A DNA stretch of 64,000 nt from NCBI GenBank assembly GCA_013239625.1, contig MU053557.1, positions 1,619,063-1,683,062 of the forward strand, read 5' to 3'. Position 1 is the first letter of the stretch; every line of letters begins with the position of its first letter. This document shows positions 12,820-28,374 of the stretch, piece by piece. A model generated the notes under the pieces. The model saw only the letters and a list, made by a program, of their open reading frames with translations. It did no database searches and had not been told where the DNA came from. The stretch comes from Lama guanicoe (taxonomy: Eukaryota). The translations under genes and the position numbers were made by a program.

Positions 12820-13590
12820 CATGGGTTTTGGGGCCAGGCCAATGTGGGTTCAAATCCTAACACAGGTTCTTGCTGGCCATTCGACCCAGAGCCAGTTACA
12901 TAAGTACTGTAGTCTTCATTTCCTTGTACATAAATTGGGAATTAAAGTACATATTTCACAGGATTATTACAAGACCCAGAGAAAATGTATGTAGAATATC
13001 TGGCACTTAATACCTACCTAGGATCCCAAACCAATAGTCATCAGCATCTCACTACTGTCATTATGTGGATGATTCATTTAATCCTCGCAATATTAAGGGA
13101 TACTCATTGCTTCCAACAGATGTGGAAACTGAGTCTAAGAGAATTTAGATGACTCGTTCAAGGTCAAACAATCCATAAGGAGTAAACTTGGGACTTGAAT
13201 ATGGGTCTATCAGAGCACATGCCATTAACACTGAACTATGTGTCATGATTCTTGCTGTTAACTACATTTCATTACCTTTATTATTGGATGTATCCAATAA
13301 TATCTCCCATCTGGACAGTACATGATGCAACAGCTACCTCTGTGAATGGCATTCAGTGTTGTGGGGGAGGAACAGGATACTGGGTTAAGAGGAAATAGGT
13401 TTTAATTTAGGTCTAACTTTTCCAAGTCATGTGACCTTCAATAAGTCTTCCACAGAGACTTAACTGCCTCATCTGTAAAATGAATTTAACAATAACCACC
13501 CCATGGCATAGCTTTGAAGATCAAATATAACAATGTGTATGACAATATTTTGTACAGTGTAAAAATACTACACAAGCATGTAGATGTCAA
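12820..13590. mobile_element. Cluster of three MIR fragments in both orientations
   Basis: MIR cores at ~12840 (gggttcaaatcct), ~13120 (gaaactgag...aaggtca) and ~13430 (tgtgacctt...cctcatctgtaaaatg). Confidence 0.7.
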
Positions 13591-16392
13591 CTGTGCTAGT
13601 TTCACTGCCATTGCTGCCACACCAACTAGGTCCAGGGAAGCTCCCTTAGTTTGTAACGGAGAGTGAGGGAAAATGATTCTGGTTCCACTAAGGGGAAAAT
13701 CTGTACCAACTTCACCCCAGTATCAACAGCAAAAGAAAGCATCCAATCCAGAGCGTCGTACCGCATACGCAGGATGTGATCTGAAGACGTAAGAGAACAC
13801 TAAAAAATGACGATAAACTGCTTAGTCAGTCTGTCTCCCCAAGATCAGAGAAAACAGAAGGAACAATGTAGGTGGCAGATGTTATTAGCCTTGTGTCATT
13901 TGGTTATTAAAACATTCTCTTAGAGTCAATTTTTTATAGTGGCCTCATAACCTCAGTATTACTCCCAATTTTCTAGTCACGTTAATTACTTTACAAAACT
14001 CGAAGGGGTGGATTTGATTCCCCCAGGCACTTCCCTGAAACTGTGTCTCCCTGTCAGTGAAAACATACCCACCTAGAAACCTAGAAAATTAAGAGAGATT
14101 TATCAGACCATCATTAGCCAGAATGACCATCATTTGGCAGAACTCACAATCCGTTGAACAGTTCTGTATGAGTACCTGTTCCTTCAAACCTATGCTCTGG
14201 AGTGATAGGCAAGCACTCACATGTGCTTGAGCTGATTTAATTATCTTCCTAAAGTGTACTGATCATAACTGCCCACATTGACTGATGGAACCCACAAGCG
14301 ATTCCTGTCCCACCTGGCCCCTCAAGACATGCCTCCTGATCCTAAAGTAGTTCTGGGAGTCAGTAGTGTGAATATTTACACTTCTTTCCAATGAAGTAAG
14401 TTGGGGGATGCAAGCTACAGATTGGAGTTGTAACTTAGTACAGGGCACAATCATCTTGTACTACCTGTGGTAAGATTCTCTGCAAGAAAGTAGTCTGGTG
14501 ATAATTAGTGGAAAAACCTATGTATTCCTCCTGCAGAACGTTGGGCTGAGATGCACAGAACTACAGGATATAAGTCACGATATCATCATGAATATTAGAT
14601 GAAATATCTAGTAAACTAACAAGACTGTAACTTATGGGAACGAAAATAATGTTCTGAAAATTGAGAAAGACTATGCTCTGGGTCCCTCCACATAGGACCA
14701 GATGGACAGATAAGCAGAGTCACCAAATGATAAGCTGAGGGCAGGGCTAGGTCCATGTTCTTCAGCATTCCATCCTAAATGCTTAGTGCGGTGCCTGGCA
14801 TATTGCAGGCACTTTATAAACACTGTCGGATGGATGGATGGATGCATGAAGTCAATAAATGTAAGCTAGTTAGCCAGGATCAGAAGCCAACATTTGGAGT
14901 GATCTTGAGAAAGAAACTCATCTCCTGTGGCTCTATTTAGTGTTACTGTTTTATACAAGTATACAACTATGCAAGAATGTTACGAGGGCCCAGACAATGT
15001 TGTGGGCACAGTAAGATTTCTACTTGATTAATGAAACTGCCAAAATAAAAATTCTAAGCATCCACTGTGATGCAAACTTCTATGTTAGACCTTCTCTCCA
15101 AATCCCAACTTCAGGCGGCTGTGTCTACATTCGAAGATCTCATTCTCACATCCAGTTCTTCCTACATGAATCCACTGTATCAACTTTTTGCAAAGCAATA
15201 CAGATTTTTAGATGAACTTCAAAACTCCAAACTCAAGTTAGTGTTAAAAAAAAAAAGAGCCTTGACTAAGCTGTTTTAGGAGTTCAGACAAAATATATAA
15301 GAACAGAGTTTAGGAGCAAGCTATTTTATTTTGTTTGAAAAAAGTAGCATTAGCCCAACTAGTGCAGCTTAAGTTAGTATCAGTCAGCTAATCCCTAACT
15401 AGACAGAGGCCAGACTCTTTAATTAAAATTAATGAACATATTATGATTAATTAATACTATTCTGCTCATACATTAGTATGTGAATAATGTTTAGAAGGTA
15501 TTTCTTCTGTGTGAAGTATTTATGATCATTAAAAACAATTTTTTGCTGTGATGTGGACTAGAGTGGATAAATAATATGAAATGCTGATGATCTAGGTCTC
15601 AAAGTCAATCAATGTCTTTGCTACATTCTGGAATGCTTGTGGAATTTTTTCCTCAAGCAACCAAGTAATTCCAAAACTTTTGTGTACATGTGATTCTCCC
15701 AGAGAACTAGTTAAATACACATTCTAGGACTACCCAAAGACTCCAATTTAGAATCTCAGGACAAAAGGAGCCCAAGAATTTTCATTGTAAATAATAATCT
15801 CAACAGATTCTGATGCACTAGGGTAAGAGCTAGACTCAGATTTATTCTTAAGCTGCCCATTTATTCTAGTCATAATATGGTACACAATCAGTGTTCTAAA
15901 GTGCTCCAAATTATAGTCAGAAAATTATGGAGATAATTAACATGGGACATGTGTCAAGGGGGTAGAAAAAGAGGAGTTTGGAAGAATTAATTGTCCCTTC
16001 TCAAAGACCTGAGAATAACATAATTTTTAAAAAGAATGAAACTTTTCAAACAAGGATATCTTGTCTCTATTTTTATTTCTAAAATCTTAGATTTGAGGTT
16101 GGTCAAGAGTATTCTGCCCACCAAAAGATCACAAAGAAATGAGAAATAAATCAAGTAAATATTTGGTATAATACATAAAGCAGAACACAGCATATGAAAA
16201 AGTGTATCTATAATAAATATTTGTTGAATAAAGTGAACAAATGTCTTAAAGAATAATTATAATGCCTCATAGAAAGAAATATGTTTTTATAGATCTCAGA
16301 ATTTTCTATTTAATAAAGTTTTATTGTAACATAATTCTGGGGTCCATTCCATTAAATGATGTTAAGGTTGACAATAGTGTTATTGTAAGTTT

Positions 16393-16950
16393 TTAGTCAG
16401 TATTTTTTTCATTGCAAGTGGCATAAACTCTAGTTCAAAGTGGCTTCAGCATGGAAAAAAAAAAAACAGACGTATAAAAGTGAGAAGAACAAGACTGGAT
16501 TTTTTTTTCATTTCAGGTACAGCTGCATCCAGAGTACAAAGTTGGGGGTTTTTCCCAAAATTCCAGGTCTCCTCTCTCTCTACTCTGCACTTCCCTGTGC
16601 TTGTTCCATTCTCAAGAAAGCTCTCTCTCCTCATGGTGACAAGAAGCCTGCCATTAGCTCCAATTCCACATCCCATCCAACCAGTAATCTTACCAATAGA
16701 AAGAAAAGAGAGTACTTTTATGCCAGTAGCTCAAGAAGAATTTCCCCTAAATGAGCTCTGATTGGACCCAATAAACATGACTTAGGCCACACACCTGTCA
16801 TTGAACAAATGACTGTGACCAAGGATATAGGCTTAGGCCTGAAACACACCTACCCCTGGGCTTGGAGCACATCTAGCCACACCCAAATAATATGGACTCA
16901 GAATGGAGGAATGATAGTTCTCAGAGAAAAATTAAGGTGCTATTATCAAC
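16393..16950 (-). mobile_element. MaLR MLT1K-like solo LTR
   Basis: ttagtcag...attgcaagtggcataaactctagttcaaagtggctt...ttcaggtacagctgcatccag...ctctgattgg...gagaaaaattaaggtgctattatca. Confidence 0.7.
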
Positions 16951-17122
16951 ATGTAAAATTCACTATATAAAAGCCTACAATAGATCTTGTCAAACTGAAG
17001 CCCTTCTGAAAGAACCAAGAGAAATGAGCTTTAAAGAAAAATTCATGTGAGACAAAGTGTATTAACTATGGCATTCCTGGGTCAGAGGCATGTATAAATA
17101 CCTTTGTAGTTAAGAAGCAGCA

Positions 17123-18840
<1,718 letters not shown>

Positions 18841-21558
18841 AGAGGTACAGGTGCATTTAAAGGGGCCAAGCTAAAAATAGACTCTAACTACCAAGTGAGA
18901 AGCATGTTCACACTGCTGGGAGGCAGGGTTTTTCCCTCCCCTTGGGGGCTCTCGTGACCACTAATCATCTGAGTCAACAGAAGACATACTAGTTTTCATG
19001 TCCAATGAAGGCAACAGTAAAAGATGACAGAGGAATTTATCCGGCTTGGGCACATCCCTTGTGAGGAGGCTAAGCCTCAGTCACATGGAAGGAGAGGGAG
19101 CAGGACTTCGGGCTTAAGATGGAGCTGACAACACAGAGTCAGTGTGGTTCAGCCACACAAACGTGCCATCTTCTTTCTAATTTCATGGCCATTGCACATA
19201 TCGTTACCACTGCTGGAAAACTCTTATGTCATGTTCATCCTCAGGGTCCAGCATAAGTCATCCCATCAGGGACACTTTTCCTGACCAATCCGTCCCTTTG
19301 AATGAGTTCTCACAGTTCTTTACCGTCTCATTCCTCACACTGTGTTACCACCTGCTCATTCACCTTCTAAGTCCCCTGATTCCAGGCACCATGTTTTCCT
19401 TGTTCACGACTGTCTCCTGAACACAGAGTAAGCGCTCAGTAAACATTTACTGGACTAATGTTGAATAACTAAGGTTAAGTTTCTCATAGTTCCCCAGAAA
19501 CTCAAGCATCCACTTGCCTACCAGGAACAGAAAGTTCATCCTGTATTCAAATTCCTGGTCTTTAAATTCTGTAGTACATATGATCTTTTCCTTCACATCT
19601 AAATAGTAAGTGTGGTTCATTTGCATTTTCTAACTTATAGGTGACATAATGGAGGAATTCGTCCCTAGAGAACTGAAGGAGGCTCATTCAATGCAAGCAC
19701 GGTGATATGTTGCATAGTTAATGGAGATCTGCAATCACAAGTCTTGTGATCTAAGCATCAAGACAAACAGCTATCATAACATGTAAAGCACACACTATAT
19801 TTACTTTCCAGCTTTTTAATTATAAAATCAATGGAGTGTTAATCATTTAAGCATTAGCTCACTCACTGGGAATTCCAAAACTCCTCTTTCTGAGGCATTA
19901 ATTCATAAGTTGCTCAATTTACCCAATTTGTCAGAACAATTTCCATTAGAAAATATGAATATTTAATGGAAAGAAAACTGGTACAAGCCACTTAAGTATC
20001 TAACGACTTACTGGAAGAAATGAAATACATTAGTGAATTATCTCATTTACGACTTCCATCGTGTAACTACCATCTGCAGCTGTCTGAATACTGTCCCTTG
20101 CTTTGTTTCAGAGCCGTGTTTTTGTTGTGATGTGTTTATCTGGTTGTCAGTTTTTGCTTATTTATTGGGCGATAAAAGGTATTAGTGACATACAGGGTGT
20201 TTCCCTAGACATGAACCACTGCAAAAATAATTGTGTTGTTTCTTCCCACCAGACCCCACTGTAAATGAATAGATGCATGTCCGTAAATGTAAGGGATTAA
20301 TTTAAATATGGCTATGTGCCTTGCATTTTTGCAGCTTGAAAATTTCACACCTTTCATCTCATTGACCTTAAGTGGAGGTTATCATTATTTCCAGTTTACA
20401 AATGAATCAGCAGAGGATTGGAGAGGTAACACGCCTGCCTGAATGCCATAGCCAAGATTTAACCCAAGACTTTAATCTTTTTCCTCTACCCAAAATCTCC
20501 CTGATACCTTGTACACCTTGAAAAAGATCTGCTTTCATAAAATCTTAAATTTCAAATTGATTTTATTATTTGCCTCTTGCTCAACTCAGAGCACTTGGCA
20601 CATGGTGAGTACTCATTAAATGTTACCTATATTATTATTCTTTCTTTAAAATTGAGCTTACTGAACAGAAACAGAATTTTTTTAAGTTGGATTCTATTTC
20701 ACTATATTGTTAATTGTTCTCCTTTTAAGGCATGTAACTAGACTTATTATTCCATGGTTCCACATTTATATCATCTGCCTCTCTGATTCTATGGTCCTCT
20801 AATGCAGAGGGCAAATTCTTTGAGTAATGTCAATATCAGAGGTCTCAAATACTGGTCATAATTTAAAGCTCTAATGGTCTCACTAGAGCTTCTATAATGG
20901 TGCCAATTAGTATGGACTCCTCTTTCTGGGCCAAAGGGAGAGTAAATTTCTTGCTCTTTGGTTTCAAGTAAGGTTCATTTATTTTTTTCTATTTTGACTA
21001 GCTTTTTTTGTCTTTCTAATTTTCTTCACTTTTAATTTTCAACTCCTCTCTTTCCACAAAAGTGCTTAAAACTCACTTTCATAATCTTCTAAAAATTTCC
21101 TTGACCCCACCCCCAAATCCTTAATCATTTCCTCCAAACTGGACAACAGAGGCCCTGAAACAAACATTTTCAATCTATAAAAAAAGACCACCTAAATTTT
21201 TTTTTCATTTTGCCATACAATATACTTTTCTTTTGTTCGTGTAAATAAAACAAACCCTAATAACGATATTCTAAACAGAGAATTTGATCTTCTGGTCCAG
21301 ATTAAATGCACATTAACCCTATAGTTAGTCTGGTTTGATGAAAAAGGAACAAGTTTCTCCAAGTAGAAGGAAAGGGAGGAAATCACAGACAGAGAGGAAG
21401 ATAAAGAGCAAATGGCACATAGTATTAAAGGACCAGAAAGCTTACGTTTAGTTTTGGAAATTTCTTATTTCTTCACTGAATGTTAGAGTGTAAGATACTG
21501 CCTAGAAAAATTTTCACTGTCATAAATTGTACTCCACGTTGTTTTAGAAATTAAACTC

Positions 21559-21942
21559 TGTATTGGTTAGTTTGTTATAGCTAGTAACAACTAGCTATAA
21601 TTAACTAATTTGTTATGGCTATTATTACAGCTAGTTAGTTAGAACTAAACTAGTAGTTTTTTTAATTACTGTAACAAATTCTAACATTTCATTGGCTATT
21701 CACAGTAAAAGTTTATTCCTAGCTCACTAACATCCAAAAATCAGTGTTCCTAATCTGTAGGAATTGCTCTTCCACGTAGAGAATCAGATCTGGACTCCTT
21801 CCCCCATCCCCTGAGCAATACTGCTCACCATTTATGGGCAAAAACTAATCACCTTCTCACACCTGCAGCAAAGGAGGCTGGAAAATGTAGGCCGGGAAAA
21901 ACAAAAACAGATTCAGTGAATACTCAGGAAGTCTCTGCTACC
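21559..21942 (-). mobile_element. MaLR MLT1J-like solo LTR
   Basis: tgtattggttag...ctgtaacaaa...aaaagtttattcctagctcac...gcaaaggaggctggaaaatgtag...gtctctgctacca. Confidence 0.6.
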
Positions 21943-22227
21943 AGCTTTGAGGTCAAACAAACCTTAATTTGAACCCTAGCCCCGCAACTGACTAACTATG
22001 TGGTCAAGGACAAGAAACCTGACCTAAATCTCCAGGTTTCTTCATTTGTAAGATGCGGACTGTATCTCTCTATGCTTGGTTGTGAGGATGTGGTATAGTA
22101 ACAACAAACTTCCAACACTTCTTAAGTGCCAGGTAACATCTCAGTTCTTTTGACATTACCTTATATAATTTTCACAATCACCTGTAAGGTAGCAGCTGTT
22201 ATTATCATCTGTTTTACAGACTGAGAT

Positions 22228-22717
22228 AGTAGATGACGTACAAAGATGGCCAGCAACTGTTCATGTCCCCCTGTATCCACATTCTGTACACTGTGATTTT
22301 GCAATAACTCGCATCAAAAGATAGAATCCCTAGCCCATGAATCTAGTCTGAACTTACGACTTGCTTCTGTCAACAGAATATGACAAAAGTGACACTACCA
22401 ATTCTGAACCTAGACTACTGGCTGTTTTGGACCCCATAACCACCATGTGAACAACTCCAGGCTTACCTGGTGGAGGGTGAGAGACCATGTGCCGAAGATC
22501 TTTCTTGGGTGAGGCTATTCCAGACTGATACATCCTTCTAGCTGACTCACCAGCTCATAGACACATCAGCTAAACAAAATGAAACCAGCCTAGCCTGACC
22601 CAGACCAGAAGAACCACCCGTGAACCCACAGACTTATGAGCTTAATACATTCTATTTTAATCTGCTTTGGTGTGGTTTGTTACACAGCATTATTTGTGGC
22701 AATAAACAACTGAGACA
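22228..22717 (+). mobile_element. MaLR MLT1F/G-like solo LTR inserted in a MIR
   Basis: gacttgcttctgtcaacagaatatgacaaaagtgac...caccatgtgaacaa...tggtgtggtttgttacacagc...aactgagaca; MIR text on both sides. Confidence 0.75.
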
Positions 22718-22808
22718 TAAGTTCCAAGACATTGCATTACCAGCTTAAGGTCACATATCTAGTAAACAACAGAGATGGTATGATGCCATAATCTATGGAA
22801 TCTAAACT

Positions 22809-23588
22809 CTGTCATCAAAAAGAACACAAATAACAAAGATGAGCATGTAGAGAAAAGTGAACCCTTGTACACTATTGGTGGGAATGTAAATTGGTTCAGT
22901 CACTGTGGAAAACAGTATGTAGGTTTCTCAAAAAACTAAGATTAGAACTATCATATGACCCAGCAATTCCACTCCTAGCTATGTATCTCCAAAAAAACAA
23001 AAACACTAGTTTGAAAAGGTACACATACCCCAATGTTCATAACAGCATTATTTACAATAGCCAAGATATAGAAGCAACCTAAGAGTCCATCAACAGATGA
23101 ATGAATAAAGAAGATGTAGTGATACACACACACACACATATATACACACAATGGAATACTACTCAGCCCTAAAAAGTGAAATTTTGCCATTTGCAGCAAC
23201 ATGGATGGACTTAGAGGGCAATACGCTAAATGAACTAAGTCAGGAAAAGGCACATACTGTATGATATCACTGACATGTGGAATGGAAAAAAATACAACAA
23301 ATTAGTGACTGTAACAAAAAGAAGCAGCAGACTCACAGATATAGAGAACAAACTAGTGGTTACCAGTAGGGAGACATAAGAGGGGAGGGACAATACAGGG
23401 GTTGGGGGGGTAAGAGGAACAAACAACTACATATAAAATTAGCTACAAGGATATATTGTATAACACAGGGAATATAGCCAATATTTCATGATAACTATAA
23501 GTGGAATATAACCTTTAAAAATTGTGAATCACTATATTGTACATCTGTAACTTACAAAACATTGTACATGAACTATACTTCAATAAAA
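22809..23588 (+). mobile_element. 5'-truncated LINE-1 (end of ORF2 plus 3'UTR)
   Basis: VQSLWKTV...YDPAIPLL motifs; 3'UTR ending aactatacttcaataaaa. Confidence 0.93.
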
Positions 23589-23759
23589 CAGAAGGAAATA
23601 AATGCAGTTACCCAGAATAAAGAAAACAATAAATAACACCTACATCTTCAGCTACTACAATATGCTAAGATAACTATCTCATCAATTGGCTGATGCATTC
23701 AATAAAAGCCATTAATACTATGATCTATTATTAAACTCTAAAATCCAGGGCAAACTAGT

Positions 23760-25140
23760 GTTTGCCTTGTCAATGTCACTTGCTCACAACTGTTTCTCCA
23801 ATACTAGCACTCTGCCTGGCATGTAACGTATTTAGTAAATACTTATTGAATGAATTACTGAAAGTTGGCCACTCCAATGATCACCAATAAGCTTACCCTT
23901 GAGGAGCTGAGGTTCTAAAATGGAAGATCAAACAGACATAAATAATGGCAATATAACATGGAAAGGCTTATGTGCCACTGGCAAGAAATCAGTAGAGCAT
24001 TCTAGGAATTCAGAGATAGGAGAAACTTCCTACTGCAGGGAGGCAGAGAATATTTCATTGAGATGATGACGCTTGGATTGTTTGGTTGTATTTTCAGTGA
24101 ATGGACTTCAAACATGAAGATTATCAGCATGCATTCCAGGCATGGGGACAACAAGAACAACTCATGGAAGTAAGAAACAATGGTATGAGCACAAGGAAAC
24201 AGTGAATGGTTTCTACACGTGAAAAATTAAGTCTACTCCATGAGTAAAAGACTTCATGCAATCAAGTCCCCCCACCCTGACTCGTCGACTCTGATAACTG
24301 CCTATGTCTGGTTCTAATTCCATCACTTAATTCATCTCTTCTTTATTCATTCATTGATTCTTACTTTCATTCATTTGTTTATTCTTTCCAAAAAACCCAT
24401 TATTTATCTAAGAACATAGCTAGGCACCATTTCCAAAGATTAGAAATTAGAATGCATATCATCCACTTCTTTTCAAACTGAGTAGATGATTTCAAAAGGC
24501 AAGGACCACTTGCACTCTTCTCTTTCATTTCTCAAAGCACTTGTCACAGAATGATGCTCAAATGCATTCTGAACACAGAAATACACAAAAATAACAGCTG
24601 GTTTTAAATTAATCTGAAAATTGATTGAGAGGAAACTGGCCCTTTTTTTTCCAACAGTGCTCAATTAATGTTCATTATCAGCTATTTCTATGAATCTCAA
24701 TTGTATGTCTTATTAAATAAATCTGCATGATGGGAGTCACTTACCGTGCTAGGCATCAAGCTTGGGAAGCTGTCCAAGACATGATCTTCGCCTTGAAGGA
24801 GCACAGAGAGGTAAATGCCAGGGACCATTCTAGCCCCTGGGGGTCCAATGGTGAATGAGACAGAGGAAGTCCTTGTTCTCAGAGAGTATTCAGACCAGAG
24901 AGAGAACACCTACAATAAAGAAAGATGCCATTACAATAACTTTAAGATAATTTCAAAAAGTGATATATGCTCTAAGATAATAAAGCAATGGAATACAACA
25001 GGAAGTTTATTGAGTCTAACTTCTTTAAAAAGAGGCTTAGGAGTTTCTGAAGAACTGACATTTAAGCTGACAGGGGACGATCTTAGGACAGAGGGTCCTA
25101 GACAGTGTGAGTGGCAAGCACAAAGACCTCAAGTCTGAAA
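23760..25140. mobile_element. Cluster of L2 LINE fragments
   Basis: L2 3'-end text (gcctggcatgt...aaatacttattgaatgaat; ttcattcattc; gccagggaccattctag...gtgaatgagacag). Confidence 0.6.
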
Positions 25141-27424
25141 TGAACTGTTACAATCAGCACATACATTGCTCTTTCAAGTGAGGTAGTTACTTTAAGAGAA
25201 CTTAAAAAGAGATGCTGGTGTATTAACCCGTCAGTGATTGAAGTTCAAATCTAGACACAGGCTCCACCGAGACCATCCGATTCAAAGCACTTCCAGAGTA
25301 AGCATGCATGTATAAACTGTGAGTTTGCCTGCTCTGTTAACTACAAATTATCCCTGACTGTCAACCATGAATTGGAGGCCACCCCTAATTGGCTTGGCTT
25401 CCTCTCTTGCTATCTGTCATGCTGGCAAGTTCTCGGCACCCTTGGACGCCTGTGCTAAAATGGCAATCTCAACTGCCACAATCCACTCCCCGTTCCACCC
25501 ACCACGTCTGTCCCTGACCAGAGACTGCTCGGTGGCCCACAGCCATCAGCCAGCAAGCTCTCATCTATGAATGAGCTATGTGAGCTCATTCTCCAGCCAA
25601 ATCAAGCTGTTTGTGGTTATCACTCAACAAAACATCAAACAAAAATTTGATGATCAAGACAAATGAAAAGAACTTCATTTAGGGGTTCAGTATTAAATGC
25701 CTACTGAGATCATAATTGAAATTTTTATGTTATCTATGAAAATTATCTGTCTAGATCTATCTCTGCCTGTAACAAGGACATGGGGACTTTCCTTTGTAGG
25801 CATATTTCCAGTTCTCATCCACCCTCCTGTATCACTGACCTAAAGCTTAGAGTGGAAGTGAAGGCGGTCATGCTTCTGCGTGAGTTTCCTAATTGTTTTT
25901 ACCCAGAAATTGGTCTAGGTGCCTAGTTAAAGCCCACAGTGAAAAAGCCAGTGATTTCATCAAAGCAGGGACAGAGCCAAATCAAAACCTAGATAATATC
26001 TTCCCAGAACTCTTAGATTAGTAATTCTTTCTACTCATGTCCATAAGTAGCTATACCCTTTTTATTTTTTATCAGAGAACTTATGACACAATTCTGATAG
26101 TGTGTCTGAGGTTCTATCTCTACCCTTAGACTATTATGTCAGTAAGGATAAGACCTGTACTGACCTTGCTCATCACATCACTTTATCCTCAGTGTCTAGC
26201 CATTTATATTAATAATTTGTTGAATTAATGAATAAATGAAGAAATTCCTTGGAAAAAAAAAACTTTCTCAGTCTAAAACAAATTCAGGCAGTGAGGCTTT
26301 TCAATTCTTCCTGCCAATCACAGCCCGGGCCACCACACCCCAAGCTGCATCCTGGTGCATTTTTCTTTAAGACAGCTCTGAGGAAAATATATCACAGGTA
26401 CATGTACAATGTAAGGTGCTACGTGCTGTCAGTGCCTGAGCCACAAAATTAAGGAAATGGCAAAAAAAAAAAAGAAAGAAAGAAAAAGAGAAAGAAAACT
26501 ATATGCATCCGTAGAAATATGTCTTCAACTGCTGCCATCACAGTGATATATCCCAGTGGTTGTGTTCAGGACTAGCTTTGGGGGAGGCAAGCTTCTCTCT
26601 TTGTGCTATGATCCCCACAGAGAGTGTACAGACTTCTACTGTACTTAAAGGACTTATGAAGTGTCTAAGCATCCATACAGTTGTGCAGGCTGGAACCTAA
26701 TCCAAGGGGCACTACTTACTCACTCAGATTTCATAGATTTTTGTATCTGTTAGGACAGTTTTAAGACAGATGTGAGTAGTGCCTGTTCTAACAAAAACAG
26801 CCTATCTTGTCAAGCTTTCAACAAATAGAAATAAAGGATTTGAGCCACTCATTGAATATATGCACTACAGGTATCCTTCAATAAACTCCTCTTGGCTTTA
26901 ACTGGCCAAAGTCAGGTTTTTTTTTTTAATCTTAACTAAAGAATTCCACATGATTCACAAAACATTGTTATTACTTTTTAATTCAGTGTCTAGTAAAAAA
27001 TAATTTCAGTTTCTCCAACTGGCTTCCAACAACAGCATGCCCTGCTCACTTTAGAAAGAGTGATGGTGGTGCTGTTAATATTTAAAAAATCGTATCTTGT
27101 ATTTTTTCATTTTAATGCATGATCTCCTGTAAGATTCATGACAACTTTGAAAAGTAGGAACTAAAGTTATCTCCATTGTACAGTTGAGGAAACTGAGGCT
27201 GCCTGAGGTCAAATAAGTTTCCTAAGAGCCAAAGCCTGTACGTGGTAGAGGCAGGATCATCATCTGATGTCCAGCATTCTTTCCCTGCACTAACAAATTC
27301 CTTCCTCTTTGATCAGAGAGCCACCCATTACTGCCTACTCAGCCTGAAAGAGAACAGCAATCACATGCACAGTCACCTGCACCCTCAATGTGGGTAAGCC
27401 ATGACTGTCCCTGACAATCATCAG

Positions 27425-27443
27425 GTTACCAGGCAACCAGCTG
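27425..27443. promoter_or_regulatory. Candidate RFX X-box with an adjacent E-box
   Basis: GTTACCAGGCAAC immediately followed by CAGCTG, in a repeat-free block. Confidence 0.4.
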
Positions 27444-28374
27444 TGAGATGAATAGCACACTGGGAAGATGAAATGATTGGGAGGAAAATTAATTGATTCA
27501 TTTTACCTTCAGAATTATGTCTAAGACCCTGCTCTCTGCCATTAGCTTTCACTCAGTAATGAGGCACATACTTTCATTTTTTCAAAACCTTATTAACAAA
27601 TTACATATTCACCAAAAAAAATTTCCATGATTTCAGTGACATCAAAGATTGCCCTGTAAAGAACAATTTTATACAGATTGGATGTGGATGCTTATATTGA
27701 AAGATTGAATTTTTGTACATGATGCCTCCATTCTACCTTACACCAATGCATTTTTTTCCTCTCAGTATTTTTTTAAAAGATGTCAGTTAAAATAATGTCA
27801 ATTGAGCTATCATCACACCCTATTCAGAAAATACGGGGTTTTTTACAGGTTGGGTTGAAAAACTAGCTTGTTAATATCCAGTTTAAAGTCCTTTTACAGG
27901 ATCTTGCTCCTTTCTTTGTGCTCTTACCTAGACTTTTAAAATTTCCTCCTTTGTGCCCTTACACTTCAAGCTCCAGAAGTTCAGTCTATTCAAACATGCA
28001 ACTGTCTACTCTTTCCCTTGAAGCTACATAAATCACGCATGAACACACATACATGCACATGTATCCCACAATCTGAAAAACTACCCATTTATTTCAGAGA
28101 CCATGTTTTGGGTGTACTGATCACTTCTTAGGATGTGTTGAAACTCATATCTCACAAAAGAAACTGTTAGGGAAACAGATACAAATGGACCATTTGTTTA
28201 AGATACATACTAACAGAAATCAGTAAGTATGTATAATATTCACCCTAAAGCAATTGGGAAAGTGCATGTAAATGTTAAATGGAAACATACACAGTAATTT
28301 AAGCAGATGTATGGATGAGAATATCAGGCCATCAGGAAAATTACAAATGCATCCTAAGTTTTCAACTCGCACCC

